NCBI GenBank assembly: GCA_900766185.1 | Contig: CAAFUL010000085.1 | Location: forward strand, 65,465 to 129,464 | DNA: 64,000 nt | Source: an uncultured Johnsonella sp. | Lineage (GTDB): Bacteria; Bacillota; Clostridia; Lachnospirales; Lachnospiraceae | Direction: 5' to 3' | Shown: positions 47,849 through 56,689 of the stretch, one piece after another | Layout: each line of letters opens with the position of its first letter | Numbering within the stretch: position 1 is the first letter of the stretch | Made by a program: the position numbers and the translations under genes | The notes under the pieces: generated by a model | Told to the model about the DNA's origin: nothing | What the model saw: only the letters and a program-made list of their open reading frames with translations | The model's database searches: none

Positions 47849-49414
47849 TTACCTCCTATTACTTCCGGGTGCAGCCCACATATGGTTTGTTAAGCCTGCA
47901 TCTGCTATTTCAAGCTCTTTGGCATACCATTTTTTCCATGAGGCAAACACATCACTGTAAACTGCATAATTTTTTATATCCGGCTTATAAACGGCACTTA
48001 TTTTCACCAGTTTTTTTGCCGTTTCAGACACATTATTATATATACCTACGCCCACACCTGCCAGTATAGCGGCACCAAGGGCTGTAGCTTCTTTAACTTC
48101 CGGTACTCTTACTTCCAAGCCTGTAGTGTCGGCTAAGATCTGACACCAAAGAGGGCTTTTTGAAGCTCCTGAAGCAAAGGTTATAAACTTAGGTTTATTT
48201 CCTGTTTGCTCGTATACAAGCTCTATATGTCCACGAGTAACCAAAGCGGCATTTTCAAGTATTGCTCTGTAGAAAGTATACTTGTTGAATTTCTCAGGAT
48301 CTAAACTGAAATTTGAAAAAGTGGGAGCGGCATGTCTCCAGCTTGGGTAGTCCATAATATCTGAAAAAGCACACTTCATACCATAGCAACCTATAGGAAC
48401 TTTACTTGCTTTTTCATTCATCAAGTCATACACATCCTTGCCTGATTTTTTTGCTTCTTCTTTTTCATATTCACAAAAGGCATCTCTGAACCAACGCATG
48501 ATAAGTCCGGGATTAAAAGCTATTGCCTCGTATTGCCAAATATTTTTAACTGCATGACAATTAACTCTGACCTTAGACTTATCGTTAATTACAGGAGATG
48601 AGGTATTGTACTCATACTGCCAAAAACTTCCGCCAAATACGGCAGCTTCAAAATCATCAACCACTCCTACTCCTATACAACCAAGTTGAGCATCTCCTCC
48701 GCCTACAACTATCAAAGTTCCTTCTTTAAGACCGGTCTCAAGAGCCGCATCTTTACTTACTTTTGAAAACAAACTTCCAGACTCAACTATTTTAGGAAAT
48801 ATATCGGGGTTTATGTCAAACTTTTTTGCAATATCAAGATCCCAGTCCCTTAATTTCAAATTAACCAAACCAGTAGTGGAGGCATTGGACGGCTCACAGC
48901 AAAACTCACCGCTTAACTTATATATAAGCCAATCATTAAACATAGTAAGTTTACTTATCTTTTTATATATCCCCGGCTCTTTGTTTTTGATCCAAAGCAG
49001 ACGGGGAATAGCATCGAGCGCACTGGTCTGACCGGTCTTTTTGTAGACTTCAAGCTCAAGCTTCGGATTTTGGGTAATGATTTCTTCGGCTTCATCCTTT
49101 GCTCGTGAGTCTACATTGGCACATGCCCATATTTCCTTGCCCTCATCATCATAAAGTACTATACCTTCACGCATACAGGTAGTAGATATGGCGGCAATTT
49201 CACCGGGGTCGGCACCTGTTTGTGTTATAACATCTTTAATACATTCCTTAGTTAGTTCCCAGTTGTTGACCCAGTCAAAGTTCATACTGCCGGGGTATTT
49301 GTCCTCTTTGTGATACCATTCCCTTGAAACACAGCCCAGCTGATGACCTTCAAGGTCAAAAAGCACAGCCCTTACACTTCCGGTTCCGGCATCAATAGCC
49401 ATCAGTGTTTTCAT
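47849..49414 (-). CDS. lsrK: autoinducer-2 kinase LsrK (FGGY carbohydrate kinase family)
   Basis: N-terminus AIDAGTGSVRAVLFDLEGHQL...PGSMNFDWVNNWEL closely parallels E. coli LsrK ([20 protein letters not shown]...PGSMEFDLNKNW). 521 aa. Confidence 0.8.
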   Translation of the reverse strand: MKTLMAIDAGTGSVRAVLFDLEGHQLGCVSREWYHKEDKYPGSMNFDWVNNWELTKECIKDVITQTGADPGEIAAISTTCMREGIVLYDDEGKEIWACANVDSRAKDEAEEIITQNPKLELEVYKKTGQTSALDAIPRLLWIKNKEPGIYKKISKLTMFNDWLIYKLSGEFCCEPSNASTTGLVNLKLRDWDLDIAKKFDINPDIFPKIVESGSLFSKVSKDAALETGLKEGTLIVVGGGDAQLGCIGVGVVDDFEAAVFGGSFWQYEYNTSSPVINDKSKVRVNCHAVKNIWQYEAIAFNPGLIMRWFRDAFCEYEKEEAKKSGKDVYDLMNEKASKVPIGCYGMKCAFSDIMDYPSWRHAAPTFSNFSLDPEKFNKYTFYRAILENAALVTRGHIELVYEQTGNKPKFITFASGASKSPLWCQILADTTGLEVRVPEVKEATALGAAILAGVGVGIYNNVSETAKKLVKISAVYKPDIKNYAVYSDVFASWKKWYAKELEIADAGLTNHMWAAPGSNRR

Positions 49415-50349
49415 GATTCATACCCCTCCAGATCCACTAATTTTGCAGCGGTTTCCTCATCGGTAATAAGTACATCAAGATATCCTCCTACCAAGGCTGC
49501 CTTGATGATATCCAGCTTATGCATACCGCCGGCTATTCCTATAACATTATTAAGAGCCTTTAATTGGAACAAAGAGGTGCTTATAAGTCTGTCTTCAAGC
49601 ATACTTTGTATAGGAGTACCGTCTCTATCCACAAAGTGCGTAAGTATATCACCTACAGCTCCCTGCATGGAAAGATAAGCAAAGTCATTAGCTGAGAGTA
49701 TACCGTTTTTTAATATGGTAGCCGAACTGTCCATTGATCCGAGTCCTATGATGGAAAATGAGGCAAGCTCAGTCATTCTGCTGATTTCTATAACACTAGG
49801 CTCATTTAACAAAGCACGGCATACATACTTGTCTGAGAGCATTAGCGGACTGGGGTATAGGTAAAGTTTTGCATTAAATATATTGGACTGTGTATTAGGC
49901 AGATAGTAGCTTACACCTCCGGTCAAAGAAACTACTGAAATAGGTACTTCAGTAGTTCTTGCAAGGTGGTTGAGTACCTTGGAAGGAGTATCACCGTATC
50001 CCATATTGATATACATAGGCTCCTGCATTTCCATCATACGATCTGAAATATAAGTGGCAGCTGATTGAGCAAGTACATCATTCATTCTTGAAGGTTCTTT
50101 TGGAGTAGGTATTACAAAAACATCTTCAAGTTTATACTTATCAAAAATAAGTTTTTCCAGAAGTCTTTTCTTTTCCTTGTTTTGAGCTATCCTAAATTGA
50201 ATAATTCCGTTTTGTTTAGCAAAATCAAGAAGCTTAACAACTCTCATTCGTGAAATACCGAGTTTTTCTGCTATAGCCTGTTGAGTTAAGTTCTCAATAT
50301 AATAATGCCAAGCAACCTTAGTTATTATCTCATCTTTATAATCAGTCAT
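49411..50349 (-). CDS. lsrR: SorC-family transcriptional repressor LsrR
   Basis: N-terminal HTH (QQAIAEKLGISRMRVVKLL) and a C-terminal sugar-phosphate-binding domain. Overlaps the lsrK start by 4 nt. Divergent from lsrA. Confidence 0.75.
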   Translation of the reverse strand: MTDYKDEIITKVAWHYYIENLTQQAIAEKLGISRMRVVKLLDFAKQNGIIQFRIAQNKEKKRLLEKLIFDKYKLEDVFVIPTPKEPSRMNDVLAQSAATYISDRMMEMQEPMYINMGYGDTPSKVLNHLARTTEVPISVVSLTGGVSYYLPNTQSNIFNAKLYLYPSPLMLSDKYVCRALLNEPSVIEISRMTELASFSIIGLGSMDSSATILKNGILSANDFAYLSMQGAVGDILTHFVDRDGTPIQSMLEDRLISTSLFQLKALNNVIGIAGGMHKLDIIKAALVGGYLDVLITDEETAAKLVDLEGYES

Positions 50350-50482
50350 ATTCCCTCCTTATTAATATAAATAAAGTTTTTAAACATTAAATTTATTTTA
50401 GAACAAAATATCATATTTATAGTATAAATGTCAAACTTAAATATGCATAAACTTTATTAGCAATATATAGTAAAAATGCTAC

Positions 50483-50511
50483 TTGAATATTTTTGACAAA
50501 TAATATATAAT
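50483..50511 (+). promoter_or_regulatory. putative sigma-A promoter of the lsrACDBF operon in the lsrR-lsrA divergent region
   Basis: TTGAAT, then a 17-nt spacer, then TATAAT, about 100 nt upstream of the lsrA ATG. Confidence 0.4.
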
Positions 50512-50609
50512 CTTTTACAAAAGTTTCAAGATGAACAAATGATATAGGAAAAAGGTGTGAAAAATAGGTTATTTTTCAGTTGAGATAATTATTATAGGAG
50601 GATTGGTTT

Positions 50610-52115
50610 ATGAATAATCTCCTTTCAGTGAGCGCTATTACAAAACAATTCGGTTTAAACAAAGTTTTAAAAGGTATAGATTTGGAAGTTAATGAGGGTG
50701 AAGTCTTATCTTTAATAGGAGGTAACGGTGCCGGAAAATCAACCTTAATGAAGATCATTATGGGTATATATCCGCCGGATACGGGATCTATAAGTGTAAA
50801 AGGTGAGAAGATACACACATTTAAGCCTTCTGTGGCGCTTGCAAAGGGTATATATATGGTTCCTCAAGAACCCATGCTTTTTCCGAATATGAGTGTAAGA
50901 GAAAATATACTTATAGGTTTTAGAGAAAGTCAGGCAGTACTTAATAAAAGACTTGATAATATTATAAATGAGATAGGCTGGAAGTTTGATCTTGAACGAA
51001 AGGCACTTAGTTTATCCATAGCGGAACAGCAACTTGTAGAGCTTTTAAGAGGTCTTATGCGTGAAAGTAAGGTACTTATACTTGATGAACCTACTTCATC
51101 ACTGACCTTTGAAGAGGTGGAGTCCTTATTTAAAGTAGTGGAAGACTTAAAGAAAAAGGGCATAGGTATAATATACATAACTCACAGACTTACGGAAGTA
51201 TTTACTATAAGTACTCATGTGGCGATAATGAGAGACGGAGTTATAACCGTACAGGGTAAGATATCCGAATTTACAAAAGATATGCTTATAAAAGGCTTGC
51301 TCCCGCCAAATATAGAAGAGTTTGAAGAAAAAAGCGAGAGTGAATCCAAGATAGAATATGACAAATTAAAACCGGTATTCAGCCTTGAAAATTACAGCGG
51401 ATACGGATTTAAGGATGTAAGCTTAGAGGTATATCCCGGAGAAATACTTGGAATTGCAGGGCTTGTAGGTGCAGGCAGAACAGAGCTTGCCACAACAATT
51501 TTCGGAATGGAAAAGGTGCTGTCGGGTAAGGCGTATCTTGAGGGGAAAGATATAACCGGTATCTCTACAAAAGAGGCTATTGCTGTAGGAATCAATTATG
51601 TACCTGAAGACAGAAGATTAAACGGACTTTTCGGAATAAGCTCCGTAGCTGCTAATACTACATCATCACTTTTATCAAATAATTTTTTAGGTTCGTTTTG
51701 GCTTAACAGAAAAAAAGAAAAAGAAATTACTGCAAAATATGTAAATGATTTTAAAACCAAAATAACCGGTCAAGATCAGGAAACTGGAAGTTTATCGGGT
51801 GGAAATCAACAAAAAGTTATAATAGGCAGGATACTTGCCACTGCACCTAAGCTTATTATTTTGGATGAGCCTACAAGAGGTATAGATGCGGCTGCAAGAT
51901 CCGATGTGTATAGCATTATAAAGGAATTAAAAGCAGCCGGTGCGGCAGTACTGCTTATTTCATCCGACATGGAAGAGATAGTGGAGCTTTCAGACAGAGC
52001 CGTAGTTATGTTTCAGGGACATATCAAGGGAGAGCTGGCAAAAGAAGAGATATCACAGGCATCTTTAATGAATGCTTCCTTTAATGTAGTAAATACAAAA
52101 AGCAAAGGAGTTTAG
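50610..52115 (+). CDS. lsrA: AI-2 ABC transporter ATP-binding protein (tandem ABC domains)
   Basis: 501 aa with two Walker A motifs (GGNGAGKST, GLVGAGRTE) and two signature motifs. Sugar-importer type, like RbsA. Confidence 0.8.
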   Translation: MNNLLSVSAITKQFGLNKVLKGIDLEVNEGEVLSLIGGNGAGKSTLMKIIMGIYPPDTGSISVKGEKIHTFKPSVALAKGIYMVPQEPMLFPNMSVRENILIGFRESQAVLNKRLDNIINEIGWKFDLERKALSLSIAEQQLVELLRGLMRESKVLILDEPTSSLTFEEVESLFKVVEDLKKKGIGIIYITHRLTEVFTISTHVAIMRDGVITVQGKISEFTKDMLIKGLLPPNIEEFEEKSESESKIEYDKLKPVFSLENYSGYGFKDVSLEVYPGEILGIAGLVGAGRTELATTIFGMEKVLSGKAYLEGKDITGISTKEAIAVGINYVPEDRRLNGLFGISSVAANTTSSLLSNNFLGSFWLNRKKEKEITAKYVNDFKTKITGQDQETGSLSGGNQQKVIIGRILATAPKLIILDEPTRGIDAAARSDVYSIIKELKAAGAAVLLISSDMEEIVELSDRAVVMFQGHIKGELAKEEISQASLMNASFNVVNTKSKGV

Positions 52116-52116
52116 T

Positions 52117-53145
52117 ATGCTGAATAGATTAATTAGAATAAGGGAAACAGGGAGCTTATTATTCCTTATAGTGTTGATACTGGGAGTCGGAATAAAAAAT
52201 CCGTCATTCTTACAGCCTACTTCCTTGCTTAATATATTAAATGACTCCGTAGTATTTGTATTACTTTCTGTAGGAATTGCTTTTGTAATTCTGACAGGTG
52301 AGATAGATGTTTCAATAGGTGCGGTACTGGGGCTTAGCGCTGCTGTAGGAGGTACTATATTAAGAGACGGTGGCAATTTATTTGTTGCAATATTCGCAGC
52401 AATACTCATAGGTGCGTTTATAGGTTTTTTTAACGGAATAGGAGTTACTTATTTGGGCATACCGTCTTTGATTTTTACATTGGGTACAAACGGACTTATA
52501 AGAGGACTTGTTTATGTATACACCAAGGGTGAGTGGGTAGAAAATTTGCCGGCATACTTTACTAACGCCGCTACTCAAAGACTGTTTTTTAAAGAAGGTA
52601 TAACTTATTTTTACTTGGTTACAATTATTGCCGTGTGTGTAATTTTTTATATGACCAATAACATAAGAGTCGGAAGGTATTTTAAAGCTATAGGTGATAA
52701 TATGCAAGGTGCCGCCCTGGTCGGTATACCGACTAAAGAAGTAAAGGTCTTGTCCTATGTACTTTGCGGAGTTTTTGCGGCAGTTGCAGGTATGCTATAT
52801 TCATCAAGAGTAGGCTTTATTACACCTATAGCCGGAAATGGTTACGAGATGAAGGCGATAGCTGCCTGTGTTATAGGCGGTATAGCACTTACGGGAGGCC
52901 AGGGAAGTGTACTGGGAGCTACCATAGGAGCTACTATAATGTCTTCTATAAGCAGGAGTTTGGTGTTCTTAGGTTTTTCATCGGACTATGACAATACGAT
53001 TACCGGAATTATACTTATAGTAATAGTTGTTGTAACTACAGTAACTCAAAACAGAGAGATTATTAAAAATAAGCGAGAGGTACTTTTAGCAAGAACATCA
53101 GGCGGTGATACAGTATCTAAGATAGGGGAGAGTAACAATGAATAA
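52117..53145 (+). CDS. lsrC: AI-2 ABC transporter permease
   Basis: Polytopic RbsC/BPD_transp_2-like permease. Translationally coupled to lsrA. Confidence 0.7.
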   Translation: MLNRLIRIRETGSLLFLIVLILGVGIKNPSFLQPTSLLNILNDSVVFVLLSVGIAFVILTGEIDVSIGAVLGLSAAVGGTILRDGGNLFVAIFAAILIGAFIGFFNGIGVTYLGIPSLIFTLGTNGLIRGLVYVYTKGEWVENLPAYFTNAATQRLFFKEGITYFYLVTIIAVCVIFYMTNNIRVGRYFKAIGDNMQGAALVGIPTKEVKVLSYVLCGVFAAVAGMLYSSRVGFITPIAGNGYEMKAIAACVIGGIALTGGQGSVLGATIGATIMSSISRSLVFLGFSSDYDNTITGIILIVIVVVTTVTQNREIIKNKREVLLARTSGGDTVSKIGESNNE

Positions 53146-54154
53146 AGAAAAAACAAGCTTGCTTAAAAAAGCATCCTCTTGGGAATATGTACTCGTACTG
53201 CTTTTAATTTTTGAAATAGTAGTATTTGCAACTAAGAATCCTAAATTTCTTATGCCGAGAGTTTTATTCGGAAGTCTCAATGATATAATTTCAATATGTA
53301 TTATATCATTATTTGTTACCTTTGTTATGATTACCGGAGGTATAGATATACAGGCAGGTGCATTGGTAGGACTTACTTCCATAGTACTTGGCGTTTCATG
53401 GCAGGATTTCGGTATTAATATTTGGCTTGCCGCCTTTTTGGGAATTGTCGTTTCGGCGCTTTGCGGAGCTTTATCGGGATTTTTTGTAGCCTATTGCAAT
53501 GTGCAGCCCATGGTGGTAACTCTGGGAGGAAGTTTCCTCTATTCGGGGCTTGCCCTGCTTGTGTCCAATGTTTCCGCTACGGAAAGTTATAAAGGAATAA
53601 GCGGTTTCCCGGAAAGTTTTACGCAGCTTTCAAAATACAGATTTGGCGGAGTTTTACCTTTGCAGGTATTAATATTCCTGGTATTGGCAATTATCGCCTT
53701 TCTATTGTTAAATAAAACTGTATATGGAAGAAAGATATTTCTTATAGGAGTTAATAAGAATGCAGCCGAGTATTCGGGTATTAATACAAGGCTTATTACC
53801 TTAAGTACCTACGTACTTTCTGCAATCAGTGCTTCTATAGCGGGTATTATACTTACTTCTTATCTGGGTACCGCAAAGTCGGATATAGGAGCAACTTTAA
53901 CGCTTCCTATCATTACTGCGGTAGTGCTTGGCGGAACACTGTCTACAGGAGGAAAAGGTTCGGTAGTAGGAACGGCTTTGGCAGCGATAATTATAGGAGT
54001 ACTTAAGTTCGGTCTGCCGCTCAGCTTTAAAGTTCCGCAGCAATATCTTGATATACCGGTAGGTGCTTTACTTTTAATAGTTGTTATAGGAAGGGCAATT
54101 ATTTCAAGTCCGGCTTTTAAGAAGTATATAAATAAGTTAAAAAAGGGTGATTAA
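53138..54154 (+). CDS. lsrD: AI-2 ABC transporter permease
   Basis: Second RbsC-like permease. Overlaps lsrC by 8 nt. Confidence 0.7.
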   Translation: MNKEKTSLLKKASSWEYVLVLLLIFEIVVFATKNPKFLMPRVLFGSLNDIISICIISLFVTFVMITGGIDIQAGALVGLTSIVLGVSWQDFGINIWLAAFLGIVVSALCGALSGFFVAYCNVQPMVVTLGGSFLYSGLALLVSNVSATESYKGISGFPESFTQLSKYRFGGVLPLQVLIFLVLAIIAFLLLNKTVYGRKIFLIGVNKNAAEYSGINTRLITLSTYVLSAISASIAGIILTSYLGTAKSDIGATLTLPIITAVVLGGTLSTGGKGSVVGTALAAIIIGVLKFGLPLSFKVPQQYLDIPVGALLLIVVIGRAIISSPAFKKYINKLKKGD

Positions 54155-54205
54155 TCACCTTAAAAATATAGGCAGTGAGAACTGCTAAAAAGGGAGGTAC
54201 TTTTA

Positions 54206-55369
54206 ATGAAAAGGAACTTATTAACATTAACCGCATTGGGTCTTGCACTTCTTAGCTTAAGTGCTTGTAGTGCTAAAACTACAGAGCAGACCACAACCGC
54301 TGCAAACGATTCAAGTGCACAGTCAGGTGAGAGCAGTCAAGCGGCTTCTTCACAGGCGGCAGGTGCAGATGTTAAGTCTGTACAGGGGCTTACTATAGCT
54401 TTTGTTCCTAAGCTTACCGGTAATGCTTTCTTTGAGTCAGCTAACAAAGGTGCTCAAAAGTATGCTAAGGAGTGGGGATTTACAGTAGATTATCAAGGCT
54501 CTCCCAATGCTTCCGTTGCAGATGAGGTTCAGGTTATCAACAATGCGGCAGCTTCAGGAGTTGACGGTATCTGTGTATCTTCGGTAGATGCTACAGGTCT
54601 TGACTCAGCACTTAAAGATGCGGCAGCTATGGGCGTAACAATAGGTACATGGGATTCAGACGTGTCAGACTCTGCAAGAACTATTATGGTATCTCAGGGT
54701 ACACCTGAAATACTCGGACAGATGCTTATAGACATGGGTACGGATGCTCTTAAGAAGAGAGGCAAGGATCCTGAAAAGGATGCTATTAAGTATTGCTGGC
54801 ACTATTCACAGGCTACGGTTGCAGATCAGAACTCATGGCAGGTAGCGGGTGAGGCTTATATTAAAGAAAAGTATCCTAACTGGGTCAATGTTGCACCAAG
54901 CAACTACTATTCAGAGCAGGATGCGGAGAAGGCTGTGTCTATAGGTGCATCAATACTTGAAGCACATTCGGATATAGACTTAATTATCTGTAACGACTCT
55001 ACAGCACTTCCGGGACAGTGCAAGGCTGCTCAGAATGCAGGTCTTTCAAAGAACGATGTAACTATAACAGGATTTGCTTCACCTATGTCAATCAAGGACT
55101 ATGCCGAGGCTGATGTTATTGAAGAGTGGGGACTTTGGGACTGCGGTATACAAGGAGCACTTGGTTGCTATATGACAGCTTATATAGCTGCAGGCAATAC
55201 TGTTAAGGTAGGAGATAAGATCAATGTACCTTCTATCGGTGAAGTGGAAGTATTGGCAAACGATGTTCTGGTACCGGGAGCTAAGACGGCAGAGAGCAAC
55301 AACGGTGTTGTGCTTCTTCCTGAAAGACTTACATTTACAAAAGAAAATGTAAATGACTACGATTATTAA
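54206..55369 (+). CDS. lsrB: AI-2-binding periplasmic-type substrate-binding lipoprotein LsrB
   Basis: Lipobox LSLSAC. The core IAFVPKLTGNAFFESANKGAQ...VQVINNAAASGVDGICVSSVD...TIGTWDSD aligns with E. coli LsrB ([21 protein letters not shown]...[20 protein letters not shown]...ILTWDSD). Long S/A/Q-rich linker after the lipid anchor. Confidence 0.75.
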   Translation: MKRNLLTLTALGLALLSLSACSAKTTEQTTTAANDSSAQSGESSQAASSQAAGADVKSVQGLTIAFVPKLTGNAFFESANKGAQKYAKEWGFTVDYQGSPNASVADEVQVINNAAASGVDGICVSSVDATGLDSALKDAAAMGVTIGTWDSDVSDSARTIMVSQGTPEILGQMLIDMGTDALKKRGKDPEKDAIKYCWHYSQATVADQNSWQVAGEAYIKEKYPNWVNVAPSNYYSEQDAEKAVSIGASILEAHSDIDLIICNDSTALPGQCKAAQNAGLSKNDVTITGFASPMSIKDYAEADVIEEWGLWDCGIQGALGCYMTAYIAAGNTVKVGDKINVPSIGEVEVLANDVLVPGAKTAESNNGVVLLPERLTFTKENVNDYDY

Positions 55370-55418
55370 AATTTATCTTTTATAATGACTTAAACATCAT
55401 TGTAATATACAGAAAGGT

Positions 55419-56315
55419 TTGGTTAAGATTATGGCAGATTTAGATAACTTAAAGGTAGCGAAGAATTATTATTTAGATGTACCTTTTTCAAATGATAAAG
55501 GTTTTTATGTTAAAGGTGCCAATTCGCTTGATTGGGGCATGAAGAAACATCTTTCCAATATATTTAATCCTGAAAGCAAAAATACAGTGATGTTTGCTTT
55601 TGATCATGGTTATTTTATGGGTTCAACAGCAGGTCTTGAAAGGCTGGACTTGATAATTCCAAGGGTGTTACCTAACATAGATGTACTTATGGGTACAAGA
55701 GGAGCTATAAGAAGCTGTGTAGACCCGGCTTTGGCAGCCGGCAAGGGAATTGCCCTAAGAGCTACATCAGGTTCTTCTATGGTACAGGATGACTTAAGTC
55801 ATGAGATACTTGCAGTAGATGCTGAAGAAGCTTGCAGAATGAATGCGGATTGTCTTGCAGTACAGACCTTTATAGGAGGAGACGGTCAGCTTTCAAGTTT
55901 GGAGAATTTATCAAAGGCGGTTAATTTCGGAGTAAGATACTCTATTCCTGTAATGGGAGTAGTTGCTGTAGGTAAGGAAATGGAAAGAACTCCTAAATTT
56001 TTCAAGCTGGCAACAAGAATACTTGCAGAACTTGGAGCCAACATCATAAAGACCTATTACTGTGAAGACTTTGAAGAAATTGTTGCAGCCTGCCCTGTAC
56101 CTATAGTAGTGGCAGGAGGCAAGAAACTTGCAGAGGACGAGGCGCTTACCCTTGCTTATCAGTCTATAAGAGATGGTGCCAACGGTGTTGATATGGGAAG
56201 AAATATCTTCCAGTCAAACAACCCTGAAGCAATGAGCAAGGCGATAAATAAGATCGTTCATGAGAAGTTCACTGATAAGGAAGCCTTTGAGTATTTCAAA
56301 GAATTAACTAAGTAA
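55419..56315 (+). CDS. lsrF: 3-hydroxy-5-phosphonooxypentane-2,4-dione thiolase LsrF (class I aldolase fold)
   Basis: The run GANSLDWGMKKHLSNIFNPESKNTVMFAFDHGYFMGSTAGLERLD aligns closely with E. coli LsrF. Confidence 0.8.
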   Translation: MVKIMADLDNLKVAKNYYLDVPFSNDKGFYVKGANSLDWGMKKHLSNIFNPESKNTVMFAFDHGYFMGSTAGLERLDLIIPRVLPNIDVLMGTRGAIRSCVDPALAAGKGIALRATSGSSMVQDDLSHEILAVDAEEACRMNADCLAVQTFIGGDGQLSSLENLSKAVNFGVRYSIPVMGVVAVGKEMERTPKFFKLATRILAELGANIIKTYYCEDFEEIVAACPVPIVVAGGKKLAEDEALTLAYQSIRDGANGVDMGRNIFQSNNPEAMSKAINKIVHEKFTDKEAFEYFKELTK

Positions 56316-56689
56316 CAAAAATAATAAAAAGGACTGTTATATTAAAAAACACATTGGAATCTGATTTTAATTAAAAGAAAGGATATCTTGTGTATTTATA
56401 TTAATAAACAGTCCTTTATTTTTTTAAGTTAGATCAGGCTTACAAACAAAAAAATACAAAAGCTGATAAATCAATTTATAGAAGTATTATAAGTGTTTTT
56501 CTTGAATTTAGCAGTGCTTTTTAAGGCTTTGAATACAAGCGGTTTTGCAGTGGAGCCGTATTTTTTATATGCAAATAAATTACATTTTCTTTTCTTTTTT
56601 AAAACACAAAAAAAACAAATTTTTGTACTATTTTTACTTAAGTTTATATGCTATACTTAAAATCATATTAATGTATATACAGGTGAGTT

